Shown: piece after piece, positions 9,936-18,837 of the stretch
How positions within the stretch are numbered: position 1 is the first letter of the stretch
Layout: each line of letters starts with the position of its first letter
NCBI GenBank assembly: GCA_964424455.1
Contig: CAYRJA010000002.1
Coordinates: 7,236-71,235, forward strand
Direction of reading: 5' to 3'
From: an uncultured Bifidobacteriaceae bacterium
GTDB taxonomy: Bacteria; Bacteroidota; Bacteroidia; Chitinophagales; UBA10324
Length of the DNA: 64,000 bases
Program-made: the position numbers and the translations under genes
The notes under the pieces: model-generated
Seen by the model: only the letters and a program-made list of their open reading frames with translations
The model's database searches: none
Told to the model about the DNA's origin: nothing

Positions 9936-10295
9936 CTAAATTCTTTTCTTTGTTATCTCTACGGATGCGCTTTCTACTTTTCCTCCGAGCGGCGGATAGG
10001 GTTTTGTTACAATAACTTTCACTTCGGTTACTTCTTTATATACTGAGAAAATTTCGTCAACAATTTTATTGCTTACAGTTTCTAATAACTTGGTTGGAGT
10101 CAGAACAATCTTCTTTATTACTTCATAAACTGTTTCATAATTCACAGTATTTGATAGCTCATCATTTCCCACTTCTTCAATTTTGCTCTTCAATTCTATA
10201 TCAATTACAATATCACTCCCCAGCAACCGCTCTTCTGCATACCACCCTATAGGCGCATGAAACTGTAGTTGATTCAATCTGATAGATACTTCCAT
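9936..10295 (-). CDS. folB: dihydroneopterin aldolase
   Basis: 119 aa. Length and pattern (HAPIGWYAEERLLG...NYETVY...) are typical of FolB. Confidence 0.75.
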   Translation of the reverse strand: MEVSIRLNQLQFHAPIGWYAEERLLGSDIVIDIELKSKIEEVGNDELSNTVNYETVYEVIKKIVLTPTKLLETVSNKIVDEIFSVYKEVTEVKVIVTKPYPPLGGKVESASVEITKKRI

Positions 10296-10388
10296 TGTTC
10301 AGTTTTCCGGTACAAATGAAACACAATATTCCTCATCAAATATCCAAATTGCTATCCTTACTTTTACCCTCTTTCAAAATTAAATTTT

Positions 10389-11567
10389 ATGTACAAAGAC
10401 GAATACTCGCACCCAGACTATTATCAATTAGATGAATTGTTAACTGACGAGCATAAACTTGTTCGTGATTCCATTCGTGCTTGGGTAAAAAAAGAAGTTT
10501 CCCCGATTATAGAAGAGTGTGCACAGAAGGCAGAGTTTCCAAAACATCTGGTGCCGCAGTTGGGAGAGATAGGTGCATTCGGACCTACTGTTCCTGTTGA
10601 ATACGGCGGCGGCGGTTTGGATTATATTTCTTACGGAATCATGATGCAGGAACTGGAGAGGTGTGACAGCGGATTACGCTCTACTGCATCTGTACAAGGG
10701 TCGCTCGTGATGTTTCCGATTTTTACTTTCGGCAGCGAAGAGCAGAAGAAAAAATATTTACCCAAGCTGGCAAAAGGAGAGATGCTTGGCTGCTTCGGAT
10801 TAACCGAACCGGATCATGGTTCCGACCCTGCATCAATGATTACTCACATTAAAGATGCCGGCGACCATGTAATTCTGAACGGAGCCAAGATGTGGATTTC
10901 AAATGCACCCTTTGCTGACATTGCAGTGGTATGGGCGAAAAATGAACAAGGGAGAATAAAGGGATTGATTGTAGAAAGAGGTATGAAAGGATTTACTACT
11001 CCCGAAACACACGGCAAATGGTCGCTCCGTACTTCTGCTACAGGTGAATTGGTTTTTGATAATGTAAAAGTTCCGAAAGAAAATATCTTTCCTCATGCTG
11101 ACGGGCTAAAAGCGCCGCTTACTTGTCTTTCATCTGCCCGTTATGGAATAGCCTGGGGCGCACTGGGCGCGGCAATGGATTGTTATGATTCTGCTCTCCG
11201 TTATTCCAAACAGAGAATTCAGTTTGACAAGCCGATTGCATCTTTTCAGTTGACACAAAAGAAATTAGCTGAGATGATTACAGAAATTACAAAAGCACAA
11301 TTGATGGTTTGGCGGCTTGGAGTTTTAAAGAATGAAAACAAAGCTACCCCCGGACAAATTTCTATGGCAAAGCGTAACAGTGTGGAGATTGCTGTAAACA
11401 TTGCGAGAGAAGCAAGACAGATACATGGCGCAATGGGTATTACCGGAGAATATTCTATCATGCGTCATATCATGAACCTTGAATCCGTTATTACTTATGA
11501 AGGCACTCACGATGTTCATTTGCTGATTACTGGAATGGATGTTACAGGGATTAATGCGTTTAAATAA
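10389..11567 (+). CDS. acyl-CoA dehydrogenase (glutaryl-CoA dehydrogenase-like)
   Basis: 392 aa with ACAD signatures (GCFGLTEPDHGSDP, KMWISNAP, IHGAMGIT.EY, YEGTHDVH). Confidence 0.9.
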   Translation: MYKDEYSHPDYYQLDELLTDEHKLVRDSIRAWVKKEVSPIIEECAQKAEFPKHLVPQLGEIGAFGPTVPVEYGGGGLDYISYGIMMQELERCDSGLRSTASVQGSLVMFPIFTFGSEEQKKKYLPKLAKGEMLGCFGLTEPDHGSDPASMITHIKDAGDHVILNGAKMWISNAPFADIAVVWAKNEQGRIKGLIVERGMKGFTTPETHGKWSLRTSATGELVFDNVKVPKENIFPHADGLKAPLTCLSSARYGIAWGALGAAMDCYDSALRYSKQRIQFDKPIASFQLTQKKLAEMITEITKAQLMVWRLGVLKNENKATPGQISMAKRNSVEIAVNIAREARQIHGAMGITGEYSIMRHIMNLESVITYEGTHDVHLLITGMDVTGINAFK

Positions 11568-11760
11568 TAATAGTTTGCTCTATAGTTAGTGATAACTGTA
11601 TTGAAATGTTACTAAATGCCTAACCTGAAAAATTCTATTAAGCTTTTTTAGAAATCCTTTTGAACAACAACGGATGGTTTCGTTTCAAACACTTTGTTTA
11701 ATTCACGGTTTGTTGAAAACTTTTAGATAAAACAACTCTGAAAAATCCAAAACCAATTCC

Positions 11761-11768
11761 TACTTTTG
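11761..11768 (+). promoter_or_regulatory. candidate Bacteroidota -7 box (TAnnTTTG)
   Basis: TACTTTTG lies 23 nt upstream of the HTH gene ATG. Confidence 0.3.
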
Positions 11769-11790
11769 ACAGAAATAGTCAACAGCACAA

Positions 11791-12105
11791 ATGTCAACAG
11801 AAAGCATTGGAGACAAACTCAGAAAACTAAGAGAAGAAAATGAGTTGCCGCTACGCAAGGTTGCCGCATTGGTGGACATTGATGTAGCCATATTGAGCAA
11901 AATGGAACGAGGCGAAAGACGGCTCACAAAAGAAATTGTGCAGAAGCTGGCAAAGCTCTACAAGCATGACACCGAAGAACTTTTGGTGCTTTACCTGAGC
12001 GATAAAGTGCTGTATGAAATCGGTGAAGAAGATTTGGCTTTGAAAGCACTGCAAGTTGCAGAGGAGCAAATAAAGTATAACACAAGACAGAACAAGAAAA
12101 AATAG
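11791..12105 (+). CDS. XRE-family helix-turn-helix transcriptional regulator (possible controller of the R-M operon)
   Basis: 104 aa. The HTH_3-like N-terminus is LRKLREENELPLRKVAALVDIDVAILSKMERGERR. It ends 3 nt before mod. Confidence 0.75.
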   Translation: MSTESIGDKLRKLREENELPLRKVAALVDIDVAILSKMERGERRLTKEIVQKLAKLYKHDTEELLVLYLSDKVLYEIGEEDLALKALQVAEEQIKYNTRQNKKK

Positions 12106-12108
12106 ACA

Positions 12109-13755
12109 ATGCCAACACTCCATTTTAAAGGAAAAACATTTGTGCAGAACCACCATTTGGCGGTGAAGTATCACCAACTTGTTCCTAAAAAGGAATTGAG
12201 TTTAACCGATAATATCTCTTTACACGATAACCTGATTATACAAGGCGACAACCTGAAGGCATTAAAGGCATTGCTGCCTACTTATGCAGGAAAAGTGAAG
12301 TGCATTTACATTGACCCACCTTACAACACAGGAAATGAAAATTGGGTTTACAACGATAATGTAAACAGCCCGATGATTAAAGATTGGTTAGGTAAAGTAG
12401 TTGACAAAGAAGATTTGACAAGGCACGACAAATGGCTTTGCCTGATGATGCCACGATTGAAATTGCTTCGTGAGTTGTTGAGTGAAGATGGTGCAATTTT
12501 TATTTCTTGCGATGATAACGAACAGCATAATTTGAGAGTGCTGTTGGATGAAATTTTTGGTGAATTGAATTTTCGAAATACTTTAATAATCAGGAGAGGT
12601 GTAAAGAGTGTTCAAGCACAATTCAAAACTATTGACCGTTTAAATTATGGTGCAGAGTATGTCGTTTGTTATACAAAAAACACTGTATACAAATTTGAGC
12701 ATTTAGAAATTGAATTGGAAGAAGAAAAAGTTGGTAGTTGGAATAACCATTGGCGAGGAACAGATAGACCAACAATGCGATACAGACTTTTTAATATCAA
12801 ACCAGAAATGGGGCAATGGCGTTGGAGTGAAGATAGAAGTTTGAAAGCAGTCGAAAATTACAAGATGATGATCAAAGAAATTGGAAAAAAAGAAAATGAA
12901 ATTTCTCAAGACGAAATTGATAGTTGGTATTTGAAGTATGTTGAAGAAAATGATGAAGAACTTGATTTACTTCGTCTATCTCAAAACGGGAAACCCGAAC
13001 ATTACATTGCTTCATCTGATACAAAACTTGTAAGTAGCTTGTGGAGCGACTTAAAACCTAATGGAAATTCTCAACTCAAACATATCTTTGGGAAGAAAAT
13101 TTTCGATACCCCGAAGTCAGTTGATTTGCTTAAAAGAATAATCAGATTTATTTGTGGAGAAGATAAAAATTCCATTATCCTTGACAGCTTCGCAGGATCA
13201 GGCACAACAGCACATGCGGTTTTAGAATTGAATAAAGAAGATGGCGGCAACCGCAAATTTCTTTTGGTGGAGCAGGAAGATTATGCAAACACAATCACAG
13301 CCGAAAGAGTTAGGAGAGTAATCAAAGGTGTAAAGACAGCAAAGAATGAAAAACTAAAAAAAGGTTTAGGCGGAACTTTCAGTTACTTTGAATTGGGAAA
13401 AGAGATTGAGATGGAAAGCATACTGAGAGGAAAACATTTGCCATCGTTCAAAGAATTTGCCCGCTATCTTTTTTACACAGCCACAGGCGAGGAGTTCAAC
13501 GAAAAAGTCGTGAATGAAAAAACGGGCTTCATCGGTGAAAGCAAAAACCATGAAGTGTATCTGCATTACAAACCCGACACCGAATGGCTGAAAAAAAATG
13601 CGCTGACACTGGAAGAAGTAAAAGCGTTTCCGAAATTCAAAAGCAAGCAGCGTTTGGTTTTTGCCCCTGCAAAATATGTTGACGATTACACCTTGCTTGA
13701 ACACCGAATTGATTTTTGCCAACTGCCTTACGAAATTTACCGCATACAGAAATGA
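12109..13755 (+). CDS. mod: Type III restriction-modification methyltransferase (Mod, adenine-specific)
   Basis: Motif IV CIYIDPPYNTG is followed about 290 aa later by motif I LDSFAGSGTTAHAV. The gene is overlapped (ATGA) by a helicase-nuclease gene. Confidence 0.85.
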   Translation: MPTLHFKGKTFVQNHHLAVKYHQLVPKKELSLTDNISLHDNLIIQGDNLKALKALLPTYAGKVKCIYIDPPYNTGNENWVYNDNVNSPMIKDWLGKVVDKEDLTRHDKWLCLMMPRLKLLRELLSEDGAIFISCDDNEQHNLRVLLDEIFGELNFRNTLIIRRGVKSVQAQFKTIDRLNYGAEYVVCYTKNTVYKFEHLEIELEEEKVGSWNNHWRGTDRPTMRYRLFNIKPEMGQWRWSEDRSLKAVENYKMMIKEIGKKENEISQDEIDSWYLKYVEENDEELDLLRLSQNGKPEHYIASSDTKLVSSLWSDLKPNGNSQLKHIFGKKIFDTPKSVDLLKRIIRFICGEDKNSIILDSFAGSGTTAHAVLELNKEDGGNRKFLLVEQEDYANTITAERVRRVIKGVKTAKNEKLKKGLGGTFSYFELGKEIEMESILRGKHLPSFKEFARYLFYTATGEEFNEKVVNEKTGFIGESKNHEVYLHYKPDTEWLKKNALTLEEVKAFPKFKSKQRLVFAPAKYVDDYTLLEHRIDFCQLPYEIYRIQK

Positions 13756-16271
13756 AGCTGAAACATTATCAGGAAAAAGTTTTGACTACGCTCAAAGATT
13801 ACCTGAGTGCGCTGAATGATTTTAAAGCGAAGTATGAAAAGTTGTTGGAGGTTGACCCTGACCTTGCAAAAGAAATTGATTTTCCCAAGCGTGCGTTCAC
13901 ACAAGCGACCAACAGAAATATTTATCACAACAAAACAAACGGACTTCACGAACCTTTGCCCGATGTGTATTTGAAAGTTCCGACAGGCGGAGGAAAAACA
14001 TTATTGGCTTGCCACAGCATTGATTTAATTCAGAAATCATATCTTAAAAAACAAACGGGTTTAGTGTTGTGGGTTGTGCCATCAACACAGATTTACAGGC
14101 AAACAATTTCGGCTCTTAAAAATCGTGAGCATCCATACAGACAGATATTGGATATTTCAAGCGGAGGTAAAACGCTTATCAAAGAGAAAACTGAAATGTT
14201 CAACCGCCTTGATGTAGAAGAAAATTTAGTGGTGCTGATGCTGATGTTGCCTTCGGCAAACAGGCAGAATAAAGAAACGCTGAAAGTGTTTCGTGATGCA
14301 GGCGGCTTCACCGATTTTTTTCCGAATGAAGATAATTACCATGCACAAAAAGAATTGCTGAATAAAATTCCAAACCTTGATTGCTTTGGACAGGAAGGAG
14401 AAGTTTTTCAAATGCAAATAAAAACTTCGTTGGGCAACACACTCAAAACATTGAAGCCGCTTGTTGTAATTGATGAGGGACACAGGGCTTACGGTGAACA
14501 GGCACGAAACACAATTAGAAATTTCAATCCCAGTTTTATTCTTGAACTTTCTGCAACTCCCCCACCCAACAGTAATGAGTTGGTAAAAATTACAGGGCGT
14601 GAGCTGCACGAAGAAGAAATGATTAAGTTGGATATTCACCTGACCAACAAAACAAGTTTGGATTGGAAAGATACTATGCTTGCAAGTTTTGAAAAACGAA
14701 ATGAATTAGAAAAGAAAGCAAAAGAATACGAACAGAACACAGGCGAATACATCAGACCAATTTGTTTGATACAAGTTGAACGCACAGGCAAAGACCAGCG
14801 AGGCAGCGATTTTATTCATGCAGAAGATGCGAAAGAATATCTGATTAAGAAATGCAATGTTCCCGAAAAACATATTGCCATCAAGAGCAGTGAGAAAGAT
14901 GATATTGAGGGAATAGATTTGTTTGCTCACGATTGTGATATACGCTACATCATTACAAAGCAAGCGTTGCAGGAAGGTTGGGACTGTTCGTATGCATACA
15001 TACTTACCATACTTACAAATCCGCAATCAGCCACAGGCATTACACAATTGGTAGGAAGAATTTTAAGGCAACCGCAAGCGATAAAAACCAAAGTGAAAGA
15101 GTTGGATGAATGTTACATCTACACCTACAAACCAAACGCAGTAACATTAGTAAGAGAAATTAAAAACGGTTTGGAGAGTGAAGGACTTGGCGACATTGCA
15201 GGAAGATTAGTAAGTGATGATGAAGTTTCAGGAGACAGTTCTTTGAAAGACCGTGATTTGAAATACAGACCGAACTTCAAAAAGTTTGAAGGGAAAATTT
15301 ATCTGCCAAAATTTGTGATACAGGAAAAAGAAAGTTGGAGAGATATAATTTTTGAAGCAGATATTTTGAACGGCATTGAGTGGAGCAAAATTGATGTGAG
15401 TGAAATTGCAGACCGAACTTTAAGCGACAAGCAAAGCAAAGAACAAGAATTGACTTTGGGTTTGAGCAAAGAAGAAAAAGAATTGTTGGAAGAAACAGGA
15501 AGGTTGGAAACAAAAGGAACATTAGAATTGGATGAAGCATTTTTAGCAAGACAGTTGAGTGATGTTGTTCCCAATCCCTGGGTTGCTTTTGAGTTAGGAC
15601 ACACAGCCATCAAACAACTTTCAAAAAAATACAGCAGAGAAATAATTGCTGCCAATTTTGTTTTTGTGATTGAAGAACTGAAAAAGATTTTGGAGAAAGA
15701 GAAGAACCGCTTGGCAGAAGATGTTTTCAAAAAATTGTTGGACAAGAAAAAACTTTGTTTCTTTTTGCTGAAAGAAGAAGGTCATCATTTACTGCCGACA
15801 CATATCAAAGTGAAAAGCAATCGCCAGTTGGTGCGTTCCGACAACTCACCCATTCAGCAATCTTTGTTTGACTATGTTCCCGAAGAAGATTTGAACGACA
15901 CAGAAAAAACAGTAGCCATTTATTTGGATGAACAAGAGCAGTTACTTTGGTGGTATCGCAACCGAGTGAGAAAAGATTTTCACATTCAAGGTTGGCAGCG
16001 AAATAAAATTTACCCTGACTTCATTGCTGCAAAATCAAGCAAGACAAAGAAGGACGACTACGATACCGTTTATGTTTTGGAAACAAAAGGCGTTCACCTG
16101 AAAGAGAATGACGACACTCGCTACAAGAAAAATGTATTTTCACTTTGCAATGAGTTAGGAGCTAAAAAAGCATGGAAAGAACTGTTTGACGAATTCCCCG
16201 ACCACGATTTTGAATTTCAGGTTGTGTTTGAAGATGAATGGCAAAATGAAATGAATACGATAATGCTATAA
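13752..16271 (+). CDS. res: Type III restriction enzyme Res subunit (SF2 helicase with C-terminal PD-(D/E)xK nuclease)
   Basis: Helicase motif I VPTGGGKT, motif II VVIDEGH, motif III LSATP and motif VI QLVGRILR. The C-terminal nuclease motif is IYPDF...VYVLETKG. The ATG at 13752 overlaps the mod stop (ATGA); the track start at 13716 was trimmed. Confidence 0.8.
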   Translation: MKLKHYQEKVLTTLKDYLSALNDFKAKYEKLLEVDPDLAKEIDFPKRAFTQATNRNIYHNKTNGLHEPLPDVYLKVPTGGGKTLLACHSIDLIQKSYLKKQTGLVLWVVPSTQIYRQTISALKNREHPYRQILDISSGGKTLIKEKTEMFNRLDVEENLVVLMLMLPSANRQNKETLKVFRDAGGFTDFFPNEDNYHAQKELLNKIPNLDCFGQEGEVFQMQIKTSLGNTLKTLKPLVVIDEGHRAYGEQARNTIRNFNPSFILELSATPPPNSNELVKITGRELHEEEMIKLDIHLTNKTSLDWKDTMLASFEKRNELEKKAKEYEQNTGEYIRPICLIQVERTGKDQRGSDFIHAEDAKEYLIKKCNVPEKHIAIKSSEKDDIEGIDLFAHDCDIRYIITKQALQEGWDCSYAYILTILTNPQSATGITQLVGRILRQPQAIKTKVKELDECYIYTYKPNAVTLVREIKNGLESEGLGDIAGRLVSDDEVSGDSSLKDRDLKYRPNFKKFEGKIYLPKFVIQEKESWRDIIFEADILNGIEWSKIDVSEIADRTLSDKQSKEQELTLGLSKEEKELLEETGRLETKGTLELDEAFLARQLSDVVPNPWVAFELGHTAIKQLSKKYSREIIAANFVFVIEELKKILEKEKNRLAEDVFKKLLDKKKLCFFLLKEEGHHLLPTHIKVKSNRQLVRSDNSPIQQSLFDYVPEEDLNDTEKTVAIYLDEQEQLLWWYRNRVRKDFHIQGWQRNKIYPDFIAAKSSKTKKDDYDTVYVLETKGVHLKENDDTRYKKNVFSLCNELGAKKAWKELFDEFPDHDFEFQVVFEDEWQNEMNTIML

Positions 16272-16280
16272 ACTAAAATC

Positions 16281-16706
16281 ATGAGTGAATATAAAATCGT
16301 AAATGCTGACGAACTGAACCCCGGACCCATTCAGCACGATAAACTTTCGGAACAATGGTATAATGAAGCGGTTTCTATTTACAAACTGATTGCTGAAGTT
16401 GAAGGAGGCACTTTTGAAAAGTTTGAAGAAAATTTCAGGCGTGATGTTTCTTACGAAAAAGAAATAACAATTTGGCGTTGTATTGCAACCGCTTACAACA
16501 ATTTTGTAACAGCCCGAATAGCTCCATTTACTTTAGAAGAAAAGAAAGCAGCGTTTAGTTTGGCATTGATGTGTTCAATGATGTATGAAAATGAAAGCGA
16601 AGTAAAAGGCGATGAAAATCTTTCAGAAGAAGATGCAAAGTTTATTTACAGAACTTATCGCAGCATGATTACACAAACATATAAGAACAGAAGAAGCGGA
16701 AACTAA
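16281..16706 (+). CDS. hypothetical protein (141 aa) attached to the R-M operon
   Basis: ORF begins 9 nt after the res stop on the same strand. I recognise no motif. Acidic and helical, with no TM or signal peptide. Confidence 0.45.
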   Translation: MSEYKIVNADELNPGPIQHDKLSEQWYNEAVSIYKLIAEVEGGTFEKFEENFRRDVSYEKEITIWRCIATAYNNFVTARIAPFTLEEKKAAFSLALMCSMMYENESEVKGDENLSEEDAKFIYRTYRSMITQTYKNRRSGN

Positions 16707-16744
16707 ATGCTCACCTACAAAAAAATACACTTCTTATACTGGTT

Positions 16745-16862
16745 GTTGAATTGTGAAGTATAGCTCTTAGCTTGTATCACAACAACTACTAAAATATAAG
16801 AACTTAGTTGAGTTGAAGAATGGTGTTGAAAACATTTTATTTTTTGGAACGGTTGAGGTTGA
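16745..16862. repeat. cluster of six GTTGA pentamers
   Basis: GTTGA occurs at 16745, 16807, 16812, 16825, 16852 and 16858 within about 120 bp of non-coding DNA at the right edge of the island. Confidence 0.5.
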
Positions 16863-17006
16863 AAGTGGTAATAATATAATTTCTTATGAAATGGGCAATG
16901 AGTTCGTTAATTTCTTCCAGTTAAATCTTAACAGTGTTTATCCTAATAACCGTTTCTTTTATTGCTGAAAACAAGGATTAAAAGAAATACGACCATTTTC
17001 AAAACT

Positions 17007-17014
17007 TATTTTTG
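17007..17014 (+). promoter_or_regulatory. candidate -7 box (TAnnTTTG)
   Basis: TATTTTTG lies 17 nt upstream of ATG 17031. Confidence 0.3.
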
Positions 17015-17030
17015 AATTTTAAGTAAGAGG

Positions 17031-17966
17031 ATGTCCACTAAAAAAATGACAATGGACATTTCTACAAAATTCTTAGGTCATTCAGCAGCTATAGCGACTG
17101 TATTTACTTTTTTTACATTTAGCTTTTCTTCTGCCCAAAACAGTACTTCTCTTTCCGGATTAAAATCGGAAGTAATCAGTTCATCTCAGGTAAAAGTTGC
17201 ATGGGAAGGTTCACTCAGCGATAAATCGTATGAAGTCAGGAGACGCGAAGTCAACAGTAGTTTTTGGATTTACAATACTGTAACAGCTCCTTCCACCAGT
17301 CGCAGGTTTACCAACCTGAAACCGGCAACCACTTACGAATGGGAAGTTAGGATTGTGGGAGGAAAAAATGACGCGTTTGTAGCAGGAGAAAAATTTACAA
17401 CCTTCAGTAATTGTGAACTGCCCGATGATTATACTATTCATTACTCAGGACTAACCAGCGCCACATTGAACTGGAGTTATGGAAATAACATAGATAAATA
17501 TGCAGTACGCATTAAAGCCGTGGATGAGGAGGTATGGAAAACCTACTTTACCGATTATACTTCGCTCACGCTGAATGAACTTCAACCATACACCGAGTAC
17601 GAGTGGCAAGTTAGCAGCTATTGCAGCGCTACTTCAGAAACGGGTTCGGCTTTTTCACCTTCACAATATTTTTCAACAGAATCCTATCTTCAGTTGGGTT
17701 TAAATCAGGTCATGATTAACAGAAAGAGTCCATCAAAGAAAACAAGCAATACTATTCTTTCCAGCAATCAATCAGATACTAACCGGAATAATTTTGTTCG
17801 CATGATTAACACACTCGGACAAACAGTAAAACAATTTCCTGTTTCCTATACGGATTCATCCGGTGATTTATTTATAGATATCAATAATTATCCGCCCGCA
17901 GGAGTATATTTTATGAAAGCTCCGTCAGGTATGAATATTTCAGGACAGAAGATTTTAGTAAAATAA
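17031..17966 (+). CDS. secreted fibronectin-type-III repeat protein with T9SS type-A C-terminal domain
   Basis: Signal peptide. Two FN3-like modules (LKPATTYEWEVR, LQPYTEYEWQVS). C-terminal tail ...MINTLGQTVKQF...GVYFMKA....GQKILVK. Confidence 0.65.
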   Translation: MSTKKMTMDISTKFLGHSAAIATVFTFFTFSFSSAQNSTSLSGLKSEVISSSQVKVAWEGSLSDKSYEVRRREVNSSFWIYNTVTAPSTSRRFTNLKPATTYEWEVRIVGGKNDAFVAGEKFTTFSNCELPDDYTIHYSGLTSATLNWSYGNNIDKYAVRIKAVDEEVWKTYFTDYTSLTLNELQPYTEYEWQVSSYCSATSETGSAFSPSQYFSTESYLQLGLNQVMINRKSPSKKTSNTILSSNQSDTNRNNFVRMINTLGQTVKQFPVSYTDSSGDLFIDINNYPPAGVYFMKAPSGMNISGQKILVK

Positions 17967-18044
17967 TTTCTATAACCTTTCAAAGAGTAGAGGCTATATC
18001 TTTCATCTGTTACAGAAACAGAAGTTATTGAGATTATTACACTG

Positions 18045-18836
18045 TTACACCTTTTCCAGATTAAACCTGTTATCGTCAGTTTCTTTTACTCTTGCCATAG
18101 GTATTTCGGAAGAGTGAAAGAAAAGGCAAATCCATCCTTCCGTTGCTGCCTTGTGACCATATTCTCTTCTGAGTTCTTCTGACTCTTTTCCGTCGAAATC
18201 ATATTTCGCAATGAATCTTCTTTTCAACTGAGAGCCTTGCGGAAGTACATCTCCGCCATAAAAATATTTATCACTTCCCGTATCAATCCAAAATACCTGA
18301 TGAAATTCAGTATGTCCGCCACTGATTTTATATTGAATGGAAGCATTGATGTTTCCATCTCCGTTCAGTAATATCAGTTGCGGTTGTTGTGACAGAAATT
18401 TTATTTTCTCAGCTTCATAAGAGGAAGAATTTTTCCCGAGTGAATTCTTCAGTTCACCTTCCTGCACAAAGTAATTTGCCTTTGTAAACATCAGATGAAA
18501 ACCGTTTTCATCTTTATAAACAGCTCCACCTAAATGGTCTTTATGCAAATGACTTAATAAAACAATTGTAACTTCTTCCGGATGAAAGCCGCACTGTTGA
18601 ATATTGTGGTGAATGTGGTATTCTCTGTTAGCCAGTTGATATCCTAATCCTGTGTCAACCACTATCAGATCAGAAGAAGTTTTTATAAGAAAAGGACAAA
18701 TATCTACGATGAGCGATGCAGGACGGTCACGGACATTGTCTTTAGCTCTGTCAAAAGGAATGAATTTTTTTGAGGTATCAACAGAGTAAGTATTTTCAGA
18801 AAGAGGAAAGCAGCTTTTCAATGTATTGATTTGCAT
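18045..18836 (-). CDS. MBL-fold metallo-hydrolase
   Basis: HxHxDH motif in LLSHLHKDHLGG. I took the ATG at 18836 (MQINTLK), which lies 2 nt after the rodA stop. The track start at 18866 would overlap rodA by 29 nt. Confidence 0.75.
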   Translation of the reverse strand: MQINTLKSCFPLSENTYSVDTSKKFIPFDRAKDNVRDRPASLIVDICPFLIKTSSDLIVVDTGLGYQLANREYHIHHNIQQCGFHPEEVTIVLLSHLHKDHLGGAVYKDENGFHLMFTKANYFVQEGELKNSLGKNSSSYEAEKIKFLSQQPQLILLNGDGNINASIQYKISGGHTEFHQVFWIDTGSDKYFYGGDVLPQGSQLKRRFIAKYDFDGKESEELRREYGHKAATEGWICLFFHSSEIPMARVKETDDNRFNLEKV

Positions 18837-18837
18837 A

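Larger units (their letters stand above)
11568..17030. other. probable horizontally acquired defence island (Type III R-M plus accessory genes)
   Basis: Four co-oriented, tightly packed genes (HTH, mod, res, orfX) sit between housekeeping genes. Only 2 copies of the host-saturating TGTWACA word occur here, against about 9 expected at the flanking density. Boundaries are approximate. Confidence 0.5.

Noticed and set aside
14093-15745. Minus-strand ORFs of 72-148 aa inside the res gene, and similar ones inside mod (12703-13722).
   Set aside because: These are antisense frames of AAG/GAA-rich coding sequence that stay open by composition. They have no start context or motifs.
11711-16833. 10-nt direct repeat TGTTGAAAAC as the att/target duplication of the R-M island.
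   Set aside because: This is not strong enough alone. A 10-mer match between two AT-rich spacers of about 250 bp has a non-trivial chance probability, and no integrase is present. It is mentioned under the island finding as a hypothesis only.
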